This document shows, piece by piece, positions 1 through 8,988 of a stretch of 64,000 nt of DNA; the stretch's first letter is position 1, and each line of letters opens with the position of its first letter. A model generated the notes under the pieces. That model made no database searches. It was not told the origin of the DNA and worked only from the letters and a program-made list of their open reading frames with translations. Source of the stretch: an uncultured virus (IMG/VR IMGVR_UViG_2671180842_000004) (lineage: Duplodnaviria > Heunggongvirae > Uroviricota > Caudoviricetes); IMG/VR virus record IMGVR_UViG_2671180842_000004, one strand, 5' to 3'. The position numbers and the translations under genes were made by a program.

Positions 1-1455
1 TCAAACGTTTTTTATGTCTTTCTCATTATCAGAAGTTTCTTGTAACTTTTGTCTTTCTTCAACAAGCTGTTCTTGTTTACTTACTAAATCAGCATATTTA
101 CTTTCGTAGGTTTCCTTATCAATAATTTCTTCCAGACGCATATCCACAAGTTTACTTTTTTTCTTCTCTAATGCGTCTATCTCCTTTTCCGCTTTTGCAA
201 GTTGTTTTGACACCACACTACTACTAAGAGTATCGTCCATTCTCTGCAAAAATTCTTCCAGAACATCTTTATTATCATCACATAATAAACGATAACTTTC
301 TACAAATGCTTCTTCAATAGCTGTTTCTGGAATACCTTTGCTATGTTTACAAAATTTCTTTCCTTTCTTCGTAGCCGTTACACATTGCCATATAACCTTG
401 CTGTATTTTGAGCCACTGTGCCAATTACGTCTTGTTAAAGTACCACCACAAAAGCCACATTCTAGCATACAGCTAAATGCGTATTTCCTGCTATACTTCT
501 CACGCTTACCGCTGCCTACCGTTGTTCGGTTCTTATTTCTCCGATTAAGAATTTCCTGTGCTTTTTCAAAAACTTCTTCACTAATAATCGGCTCATGGTG
601 ATCTTTCATATAAAATTTATCTTCTTCACCCATGTTTTCAAGGCGACGTTTGGAAATCGGATCAACAGTAAAAGTTTTGCCTAAGAGTATATCACCCTTG
701 TATTTCTCATTCTTAATAATTCCAATAACCGTAGATGGTGCCCATGTGGAACTCCCATACTTCGTTTTATAACCTAGACTTTCAAGCTCCTGTCCAATAA
801 CAGAACCACCAGCACCATCAACATAACGGTTGAAAATATATCTGACAATCTCTGCTTCTTCTTGATTTACAGTTATTGTCTTATCCTCTGGGTGATAATC
901 ATATCCAATACAACCTTGAAAACCTACCAGCTCGCCGCGCTTCATTTTCATTTTCAACCCTTTTTTTACATTGGCTGAAATGTTCTCGACTTCCTGCTGT
1001 GCAACAGAACTAAGAACAACAAGCAATAACTCTCCATCCATTGTAAGTGTATTGATTTTTTCATCTTCAAAATAAACGGCGATATTTCTCTCTTTTAGCA
1101 TACGAACATATTTCAATGTGTCTAAAGTATTTCTGGCAAATCTTGATATGGATTTTGTAAATACCATGTCAATTTCACCATTCATACAGTCATTTATCAT
1201 ACGCTGAAAATCTTCTCGTTTTGTTACTTGTGTCCCCGTAATTGCTTCATCAGCATAAATGTCAGCTAACACCCATTCCTTGTTTTTCTTAATCATGTCA
1301 GTATAATACTGAACTTGTGATTTATAACTGTTTAACTGATCTTCGCTATCTGTACTTACACGGCAATATGCAGCTACACGCAAACGCTCAATGGCTTTTC
1401 CACGGGCTTGTCTTGCCAAAACATTTTTTGCTTTTATTACTTCAACTTCCTGCAT
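1..1455 (-). CDS. Large serine recombinase (ICE integrase); C-terminus probably cut short by a frameshift in an A6 run
   Basis: [10 protein letters not shown] catalytic motif, KSISRFARN, recombinase domain, Zn-ribbon CGFC...WQC and coiled coil. The ORF ends abruptly at ATA AAA AAC GTT TGA. Confidence 0.92.
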   Translation of the reverse strand: MQEVEVIKAKNVLARQARGKAIERLRVAAYCRVSTDSEDQLNSYKSQVQYYTDMIKKNKEWVLADIYADEAITGTQVTKREDFQRMINDCMNGEIDMVFTKSISRFARNTLDTLKYVRMLKERNIAVYFEDEKINTLTMDGELLLVVLSSVAQQEVENISANVKKGLKMKMKRGELVGFQGCIGYDYHPEDKTITVNQEEAEIVRYIFNRYVDGAGGSVIGQELESLGYKTKYGSSTWAPSTVIGIIKNEKYKGDILLGKTFTVDPISKRRLENMGEEDKFYMKDHHEPIISEEVFEKAQEILNRRNKNRTTVGSGKREKYSRKYAFSCMLECGFCGGTLTRRNWHSGSKYSKVIWQCVTATKKGKKFCKHSKGIPETAIEEAFVESYRLLCDDNKDVLEEFLQRMDDTLSSSVVSKQLAKAEKEIDALEKKKSKLVDMRLEEIIDKETYESKYADLVSKQEQLVEERQKLQETSDNEKDIKNV

Positions 1456-1517
1456 AGTACACCTCCTTATTTTGTGTTCCTTTCATATTGTTATTGTACT
1501 ACTTTAAAAAACACAAT

Positions 1518-1661
1518 TCAAGCAGTTATGTCAGAAAGCACCTTATAGTCTTTCATCAGCCTTTGTTTTACAAGAGTGTATTCTTTTTCAGAAATCAGTT
1601 TACGGGCAAGCAGTTGTTTTAACATAGCAATTTGCATACTATACCTAATTATATTATTCAT
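1518..1661 (-). CDS. Small SHOCT-like protein upstream of recombinase (possible directionality factor), 47 aa
   Basis: RBS AAGGAGGG before ATG at 1661. The LKQLLARKLISEKEY pattern resembles the small gene at 41294-41530 that precedes the phage recombinases. Confidence 0.6.
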   Translation of the reverse strand: MNNIIRYSMQIAMLKQLLARKLISEKEYTLVKQRLMKDYKVLSDITA

Positions 1662-1694
1662 TAAAACCCTCCTTGCTTTTTTATTTATGGAAGT

Positions 1695-1942
1695 AATCAG
1701 ACGGCTTCGGCAGCTCCACTGGACTTTCACCATTCCCATTCTGATGGGTGAACCGTGTCATACGGGTGTATCATTATTCAGATATACGAGTCATGGCAGC
1801 AACCTTTCCAAAGATCGCTTGCGGTTCACTGGCATAATCGCTCGCTGCTTTCCCCATTTCAGTGGTCGTGGCGTTCCAGTCCGCTGGCTCGTCGTATATC
1901 AAACGTATCTGATTACTGTATTCACTTGTCAAAGAACGGAAA
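1695..1942 (-). ncRNA. Putative cis-acting structured antiterminator RNA (canT-like) with a BoxA-like 5' element
   Basis: GC-richer non-coding segment between orf8-like gene and recombinase module. It starts GTTCTTTGACAAGTGAATA and contains hairpins such as TTCACC-CAT..ATG-GTGAA. Its position matches Tn916 canT. Confidence 0.5.
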
Positions 1943-1979
1943 AGAGTTAAAATGAGGTGGTAGATACTCTCTGTTATAT

Positions 1980-2219
1980 TTACTTCACTTTGACTTCAAA
2001 CCCTAAGATTACTTTAATCAACGCTGCCCGTATCCTGCCTTTCAGTTCCATATCAAGCACGATATACATATTCCCGTGTTCGTCATAGAACGGGCGTAGG
2101 CTGGCTTTTGATATGTAAGCGTCATAATGGTTCAAAATCTTTTCAATTGCCACCTCGTTACCGTCAGCTGCAGAACTGATGGTCGAGAATGATGGACACT
2201 TTTTTGTAGACTTCATCAT
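1980..2219 (-). CDS. Tn916 Orf8-like helix-turn-helix regulator
   Basis: I..A.DG...AIEKIL.HY..YI.K.SLRP.YDEHG motif, directly after the orf7-like gene. Confidence 0.85.
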   Translation of the reverse strand: MMKSTKKCPSFSTISSAADGNEVAIEKILNHYDAYISKASLRPFYDEHGNMYIVLDMELKGRIRAALIKVILGFEVKVK

Positions 2220-2223
2220 GTTT

Positions 2224-2640
2224 TTATTCCTCCTCGTACATATCCTTAATAAGCTTTAATGTGTGCAGCCTGTTTCTACATACGGAAAATCGTTCCATTT
2301 CCATAACCTCTGCAATTTCAGCGTCGGTCATTTCAAGAAAGTAGGACATAAGCAGAATGTTACGTCGGCTTTCTGTTAATTCTTTGATAGCTTCACATAA
2401 GCGTTCATCATAGATATGGACTTCTGAACCAAATACATCAAATGACGTAAACTCAACGCAATATTCGTCCATGGCACCGATCTGGTTTAACTCCATTTCA
2501 GATAAATCACAGAACGGCGTTTCACGTCTTGCACGTCTGCCAAGCTCTCGGTCATAGTTCTTTACAGTTCGTCCTACAACCTTGCGAGCTAGACAATCAA
2601 ATTGAAGTCTGATAGCGCCCTCGAAAGAAGATGGTTTCAT
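2224..2640 (-). CDS. Tn916 Orf7-like sigma-70 region-4 protein
   Basis: MKPSSF..IRLQFD N-terminus and ILLMSYFLEMTDAEIA region-4 HTH. Confidence 0.88.
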   Translation of the reverse strand: MKPSSFEGAIRLQFDCLARKVVGRTVKNYDRELGRRARRETPFCDLSEMELNQIGAMDEYCVEFTSFDVFGSEVHIYDERLCEAIKELTESRRNILLMSYFLEMTDAEIAEVMEMERFSVCRNRLHTLKLIKDMYEEE

Positions 2641-3039
2641 AATCTCACCCCCTTTCCAGCGAAAGTTGCTAAAGCGAAAAGACTTCTACCTCTTTTCGCA
2701 CTAACACTCACCATGAAAGGTGGGATTTGATACCCAACCGCAAAAATTTTTTGAAAAAGTTTTATGCAGTAAAAAAGCACAAGGGCAATACAGACGTACT
2801 GATCTTGTGCTAAACAAATTATTCCTGTTATATGCTGTAAAAAACCACATATAGGAGCATTATGTTCCGTAGAATTTAAATGTTTTTTTAATGAACTACC
2901 GATGGTCGAAAGTTGTTGAATATGTAAGTGTTTCATACGGCTACCCCTAGAGCCGATAAAACAAGACCATCCAGTAATTTGTCCAACGTTAGGCAAAAAT
3001 AAAACGGCGGCTATATAACCGTCGTCTTATTCAAAAGTT

Positions 3040-3250
3040 CAAAAAGAACTAAACTAAACCCTCTAAAGCAGTATGTATTTATAATCAGTCTTGCAAAATA
3101 ACAAAGTAGAATTGAAATATAAGGTAGCAATCCTTGTGCATCTAATAAACTTATAGGGGTTACAGCAGACCACGGAATAATATTTTGTATACTTTCAGAT
3201 CAATATAGTCCAACAAAACCAATTCCCGATATTTAGTAACTAAAAAGTAA
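3040..3250 (-). pseudogene. Decayed membrane-protein remnant, possibly an ABC permease
   Basis: Hydrophobic frame ISGIGFVGLY*SESIQNIIPWSAVTPISLLDAQGLLPYISILLCYF with an internal stop, in an AT-rich, ORF-poor zone. Confidence 0.3.
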
Positions 3251-3620
3251 ACTAGAGTAGAAAACATTTCTTTGCAAAACACAAATAATAAGTAATGGAC
3301 TCATTGACAATAGATTGAGAAATCCAGTTTTTTAGACTTAGATAGATTATCTCACTTGTAAATGATTTAAGTTCTTTGACTTCATATATAGCGGTATAAT
3401 CTGTCAACGTGATCATTACAAACCATAATGCCTATATAACATACTTTCCAAGCAAAAACTTTATTCTATTAGTTGGGGAATACAAAATATTTATCATTGT
3501 GCGTTCAACATATTCTTTTTGTATAAAAATGTAATTACAAAACACCACTCAATATAAGATAGATAATAATTTGAATAGGAATTATCAATCTACGTAACCA
3601 TTCATTACCTGTCATTGTTG

Positions 3621-3723
3621 TTACAATAGATTTGGGATTCTGTTTCCATTACATAATTTTTTTATCCTTCTTTCAGATATCTCCTCATTTTATCGAAGCT
3701 TCTTCTACAGACATACATTCCAT
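3621..3723 (-). pseudogene. Frameshifted excisionase-like HTH gene
   Basis: MECMSVEEASIK, then TGA and a one-base shift, then ISERRIKKLCNGNRIPNLL. This matches the common M.YMS..EA..KWGISERR...LC...RIP pattern. Confidence 0.6.
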
Positions 3724-3986
3724 AATAAAATCTACCTTTGAATATTATTTCACGATTTCGTTATAGACGCGTAAACAAACAATAAAAAACGAAATTTCTT
3801 TTAAGTACCATAATTTTTATATCGAAATTACAATTATCCACTTATATACAGCATTTATAGGTAATTCAATGATAAAAAAACACATACTTTACTACTAAAT
3901 TGCCACAATTGAATGCGCCTTGATATGATAGGGAGATTCCACAATAAAAAACTGTGCATCTCCCTTGATTCATTCATACTGATATC

Positions 3987-4157
3987 TTATTTATAAGACT
4001 CTTTTGTGTCTTTTTTTGGTTTCATGGACCAAAATACTACATTCATTACAATAACAATCAGCAACACAACTGCCATAGCCACCCAAAAGCCGATATTAAG
4101 ACCAAGCCATTCGGTAGTTCCAAAAAGGGTCATCCAAAGTTCTTTCCAGTTCATCAT
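3987..4157 (-). CDS. Small single-pass membrane protein (56 aa) immediately downstream of mgtA; not in ORF track
   Basis: RBS AAGGAGGTGG adjoining the mgtA stop. Translation MMNWKELWMTLFGTTEWLGLNIGFWVAMAVVLLIVIVMNVVFWSMKPKKDTKESYK. Confidence 0.75.
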   Translation of the reverse strand: MMNWKELWMTLFGTTEWLGLNIGFWVAMAVVLLIVIVMNVVFWSMKPKKDTKESYK

Positions 4158-4166
4158 TCCACCTCC

Positions 4167-6931
4167 TTAAAGCAGTTCTCCGAAATGACGGACATAGGCT
4201 TTTTTTAAACTTGTTGCCAAAGTCATATACAGCAGAATACATGGAATCAGATAAGCAAAGTATGCTGCAGGCAATGCAACAAATCCAAGCATAGTTCCAA
4301 ACACAGTAAACGGAATAATGGTCAGAACTATAATTCCAGTCATTGTTAGCAAAGTCACAGGAGCTGATGCACGACTCTGAACAAAAGGTAGCTTTGGAGT
4401 ACGAATCATGTGAATGACTAATGTCTGGCTCCACATAGATTCCACGAACCACCCTGCTTGGAACATCCCGATATACTGTGCCTGAAGCATTGCCAGTTCT
4501 GCACCGCTGAAATGAGCAGGCAAATCATTAAATAATACACCATTCGATACGAACAATGGACAAAATACAAAGTACATAAAAATATAGGTTGTAAAATCAA
4601 AGATAGAACTGGTTGGTCCAATCCAGATCATAAAACTTCCAACACTGGAAGCGTCCCATTTACGAGGTTTGGTAATAAACTCCTCATCCACATTATCCCA
4701 AGGAATTGCAGTACAGGATAAATCATAAATTAAGTTTAGAAATATAAGATGAACACTCATCATTGGTAAGAAAGGTAGCAAAGCAGATGCAGCAAGCACT
4801 GAGAACATATTGCCGAAGTTGGATGAAGCAGTCATTTTAATGTACTTGATCATGTTGGCATATGTCTTTCGTCCCTCAATAATACCCTGTTCCAAAACCA
4901 TCAGATCTTTTTCCAATAGAATAATGTCAGCAGATTCTTTTGCCACGTCCACGGCGGTATCCACCGAAATACCAATATCGGCGGCTTTCATAGCTGCAGC
5001 ATCATTAATACCGTCACCCATGAAACCGACCGTATGACCATTTTCACGGAGAACAGAAACCACACGGGCTTTCTGATCAGGGGTTAGCTTTGCAAATACA
5101 TCTGTAGACTCTGCCACTCTTGCAAGCTCTGCATCGCCCATTTGTTCCAAATCAGAACCGAGAAGCATATTGCGAACCTCTAATCCCACCTGCTTGCAGA
5201 TAGTTCGAGTCACTTTGTCGTTGTCACCTGTCAAAATTTTGGTTATAACACCATGGTCTTTCAGAGCTTTAATAGCATCCGCAGTAGATTCTTTTGGAGG
5301 ATCAAGGAATGCCAGATATCCAATCAGTACCATATCACACTCATCTTTAACACCAAATGCGCCGATTGGGGAAGGATTACTCTTCTGTGCAATAGCTAGT
5401 ACGCGGAATCCCTTATCGTTAAGATTGTCCACTGTCTCCAGAATTCTGTAACGAACGTCATCAGTCAGAGGCTGCACTCCTCCATTACACTCTGCAAACG
5501 CACAAATAGAGAGCATTTCTTCCACAGCACCTTTTGTTACCATCTGGGTCTTACCCTTATTATCCTGTACCACTGTAGTCAGACGACGACGTGTGAAGTC
5601 AAAAGGAATCTCATCTACTTTCACATAGTTTTCAGACAGGTCAATGAGACGCGAATCTGCGGCTTCCTCTTCCTCCGTCTTATGGATAATTGCCAAATCC
5701 ATCAGGTTTTTATAGCCAGTCTGGAAGTAACTATTGAGGTAAGCGTGACGCAGTACTCGCGTATCGTCCTCGCCATTTACATTCAGATGGTATTCCAGCA
5801 CAACCTTATCCTGGGTCAGCGTGCCAGTCTTGTCAGTACAGAGAATATCAATAGCACCGAAGTTCTGAATGGAATTGAGGTTTTTAACGATTGTCTGCTT
5901 CTTGCTCATGGAAACAGCGCCTTTCGCAAGACAGGTTGTTACAATCATCGGCAACATTTCTGGTGTCAAACCAACAGCAATAGAAACGCCGAATAAGAAG
6001 GCCGCCAACCAATCGCCCTTGGTGATACCATTGACAAAGAACACCAGCGGAACCATAATGAGCATAAAACGAATCAATACCCAAGAAACGGCATTGACAC
6101 CCTTGGTAAAGCTTGTTTCAACCGCTTCTCCAGCAACTGCGGACGCCATAGAGCCAAACAGAGTATGATCGCCAACACAAACAACAACAGCTGTTGCGCT
6201 ACCAGAAATTACATTACTCCCCATAAAAGCAATGTTTGTGTAATCAGTCACGCTTTCTTTCTGAGCACTTACATTGGGTGTTTTTTCAATAGGTTCACTC
6301 TCACCAGTAAGACTTGCCTGACTGACAAACAAATCCTTCGCATCCAAAATACGAACATCCGCCGGAATCATATCTCCAGCAGAAAGATGCACAATATCTC
6401 CCACCACCAAATCATCCATAGGAAGTTCTTTTTTTCATAGTTTCTACGAGTAACTGTACAAGTGGTCGTAATCATGGCTAACAATTTCTCTGCTGCATTT
6501 CCGCTTCTGGATTCCTGTACAAAACGAAGCGTACCGGAAATGAATACCATTGTTAAAATGATTACAACAGTCAGGGAATCAAAGTCCTCTGGCACACTGC
6601 CAAACAGAGAAAAATACGGAAAAATCATATCTGTAATTGTGGATACTAAAGCCAGACAAAATAAAATGGCGGTAAATGGATTGATAAATGCGCCAACCAG
6701 TCGTTTTGCCAGAGATTTCTTTTTTTCATGAGTGACTTTATTGGTACCATATTTAGCACGACTTACGGATACTTCATCTACTTCTAAGCCACGAAGTGTG
6801 GTATGAAGTTTTTTTAAAACTTCTTTAATAGGATTGGTTGCCGCAAATTGAATGCGGCGGTTCTGTTCGTCACGGATGACTGCTTTTTCTACAGTCTGAC
6901 GAATAGCCATACGATTTTCTTTTTTGTTCAT
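4167..6931 (-). CDS. mgtA: Mg2+-translocating P-type ATPase (MgtA/MgtB), split into ORFs 6368-6931 and 4167-6419 by a frameshift at about 6428-6435
   Basis: TGES, LTPEMLP, DKTGT, GDGIND and SSNFGN motifs. The N-terminal 187-aa ORF joins the main ORF by a -1 shift at GAA AAA AAG. Confidence 0.92.
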
Positions 6932-6936
6932 TGGTC

Positions 6937-7044
6937 TTACCTCCTTGAATTTTCATAGGGGCAAGGAATATTATATGAGCGACACGGAATCTCCAAATTC
7001 TCATATAATATTCTCTGCCTTCGTGGACTGACATCAGAGTCCAT
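6937..7044 (-). CDS. Putative MgtL-like leader peptide (35 aa) controlling mgtA
   Basis: RBS GAGGTG, then MDSDVSPRRQRILYENLEIPCRSYNIPCPYENSRR. The stop abuts the mgtA RBS, and the ORF spans a long hairpin at 6960-7019. Confidence 0.55.
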   Translation of the reverse strand: MDSDVSPRRQRILYENLEIPCRSYNIPCPYENSRR

Positions 7045-7096
7045 GTCTTTCACCTCACAATCTTAAAAAAATATCTATGTGAAACCTCAATGTGGA

Positions 7097-7408
7097 TTAT
7101 TGGTTGCGATAGCGGACACTTTTTTCGATATACCAGACATCAAAGCCGGCAACAATCAGCCATGCGATTATTGCAAATACAAACCAGTGGTTTGAAAATC
7201 CCGGCAAAAATCCTTTCATTAAGAATATAATCCCATTTAACGCAATCATTTCTCCAACATTACGACAAAGCGGGACAATATTAATTTTATCTTTCTCCTC
7301 CTGCGGCATATTTTTCCACAGGGAAAGATGACGATATCCTTTTCCAAAGGCCAACCAAAAGCCTGCAAGAGTAAATAAAATTCCAAAAAAGATACATGTA
7401 AAATCCAT
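7097..7408 (-). CDS. Small 3-TM membrane protein (DUF3784-like)
   Basis: Three hydrophobic segments, RBS AAGGAGG, co-oriented in the mgtC unit. Confidence 0.6.
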   Translation of the reverse strand: MDFTCIFFGILFTLAGFWLAFGKGYRHLSLWKNMPQEEKDKINIVPLCRNVGEMIALNGIIFLMKGFLPGFSNHWFVFAIIAWLIVAGFDVWYIEKSVRYRNQ

Positions 7409-7423
7409 CGTTTGTTCCTCCTT

Positions 7424-7654
7424 TCAATGCTTAAACCTGTTTCTTAGTTTTGTCAGCTTCAGAAGTTTAATGAAGAGCACAATAATAGTAACAGCAAGAA
7501 TAAACCAGATCACAATACTCACCTGATACCATATCTTAAAGATTACCATTCTTTGTTCAAAGAAATTCCAACCCAAATAGCTACATAAGATTGTAAATAC
7601 AGGGTAGAAAGCAAAAAGAATTGCTCGTTTCAAATCTTCGATTTCTCTCCTCAC
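7424..7654 (-). CDS. Small 2-TM membrane protein
   Basis: Two hydrophobic helices; start abuts the mgtC stop. Confidence 0.55.
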   Translation of the reverse strand: MRREIEDLKRAILFAFYPVFTILCSYLGWNFFEQRMVIFKIWYQVSIVIWFILAVTIIVLFIKLLKLTKLRNRFKH

Positions 7655-8341
7655 TCACAACACCTCCCAACCAGCACTAATCACTTCCGGAATTACCAAT
7701 ACCTGCCCAACGATTCCTTCTAAAATATTGTTTTTGGATTTTCCGACAGAACAGTATTCTGCGACAATCTCAACCTTGTCACCAACCACATCACCGCTTT
7801 CCAGATTGTTCAAAAAGAGCGTCTTACAGGAATTGCTGTTAATCAGCAATAAGCGTATATCCTGCTCTGCCTTTTCCTGACATGTAACCGAAATACGATA
7901 CTGCTTTTCAGATTCATCACTGGAAGTAATTGGGTGAAACTTTCTTGCAAAGGGACGTAGAATCAGGTTGGAACCAATTAAAATAGTAGCGGCGGTGATC
8001 GCCATTGCATACATTCCCGTACTTGCAAGAATTCCAATCGCTGCAGTACACCATAAGGTGGCAGCGGTATTCATTCCACGTACTGTCCCTCTGTCCTTGA
8101 AAATAACACCACTGCATAAAAAACCAACACCGGATATAATACTGCTTCCGACACGGAATACCTGATCCGAACCGTAGAGCATAGGAAACAAGGTAAAGAA
8201 ACTTGTACCCATGCAGATTAACACATTGATACGAATACCTGCAGGATGACCAGTCAATTGCCGTTCTAATCCAATAAGAAATCCAAGTGTTAAGGAGAGG
8301 GCAATTCTCAAAATAAAATCTGTGTAAAACATATGAAACAC
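7655..8341 (-). CDS. mgtC: MgtC/SapB family membrane protein
   Basis: LIGLERQ...AGIR, SGVGFLCSGVI, GMNTAATLW motifs and a C-terminal ACT-like domain. Confidence 0.93.
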   Translation of the reverse strand: MFHMFYTDFILRIALSLTLGFLIGLERQLTGHPAGIRINVLICMGTSFFTLFPMLYGSDQVFRVGSSIISGVGFLCSGVIFKDRGTVRGMNTAATLWCTAAIGILASTGMYAMAITAATILIGSNLILRPFARKFHPITSSDESEKQYRISVTCQEKAEQDIRLLLINSNSCKTLFLNNLESGDVVGDKVEIVAEYCSVGKSKNNILEGIVGQVLVIPEVISAGWEVL

Positions 8342-8397
8342 CTCCCTTTAACTACTAACAGTATATAAAAAATCCAAATACAATCCTATGGCTAAAG

Positions 8398-8419
8398 TCT
8401 TGCGATTTTCTTGCGATTT
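8398..8419. promoter_or_regulatory. 11-bp tandem direct repeat TCTTGCGATTT x2 upstream of mgtC (OmpR-type operator candidate)
   Basis: Perfect tandem repeat about 33 nt upstream of a minus-strand TATACT at 8360-8365. Confidence 0.6.
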
Positions 8420-8424
8420 GGTAA

Positions 8425-8466
8425 GAAAATAGACGGACTGAAACCGAAAATGGTCTTAGTCCGTCT
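8425..8466 (-). terminator. Hairpin after the winged-helix regulator gene
   Basis: AGACGGACTGA..ACC / GGT..TTAGTCCGTCT inverted repeat with flanking T-rich tails. Confidence 0.65.
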
Positions 8467-8469
8467 TTG

Positions 8470-8976
8470 TCATATCTGATCATTAAATTTGTATCCAATA
8501 CCCCAGATGGTCAAAATATATGTGGGACAATCCGGAGCAGGTTCAATCTTTTTTCGCAACTTCCGGATAAAAGCCATAATGTTGCTGTTATCCAGAATAT
8601 AATCTTCCTCCCATACGGCACGATAAATCTGTTCCTTTGTAAAAACTTCACCTTTGTTCTGGACAAGAAAGTACAAAATATCAAATTCCTTTGGAGTCAG
8701 GTTGACTTCAGAACCTTTTATCAGTACTTTTCTGCCTCTTGGATAAATTTCCAGATCCCCTGCCAGGATTCTATCTGACAGAGTACCCACTGGCCAATCG
8801 CTTTCTTCTGATGCTCCTAACAATAACGAAGATACCTCTCCACGAATCATCTCCTGAATACCAGAAAGTAAATCCTTCGCACAATCACTGTCCGGTGGAT
8901 CTCTTAGTAGTTTTTCTAATAGCCAGATTTCAAGAGCCGAATCCATCGGAATATAACTAATATTCTTTTTCATCAT
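8470..8976 (-). CDS. OmpR/PhoB-type winged-helix DNA-binding protein without a recognisable receiver domain
   Basis: C-terminal LTPKEFDIL...VFTKEQIY...IRKLRKKIE...YILTIWGIGYKF; short non-receiver N-terminus. Confidence 0.85.
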   Translation of the reverse strand: MMKKNISYIPMDSALEIWLLEKLLRDPPDSDCAKDLLSGIQEMIRGEVSSLLLGASEESDWPVGTLSDRILAGDLEIYPRGRKVLIKGSEVNLTPKEFDILYFLVQNKGEVFTKEQIYRAVWEEDYILDNSNIMAFIRKLRKKIEPAPDCPTYILTIWGIGYKFNDQI

Positions 8977-8988
8977 GAATGCCTCCTC

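Noticed and set aside
2637..2996. 119-aa ORF upstream of orf7
   Set aside because: No convincing RBS or motif; it overlaps the expected orf7 promoter region.
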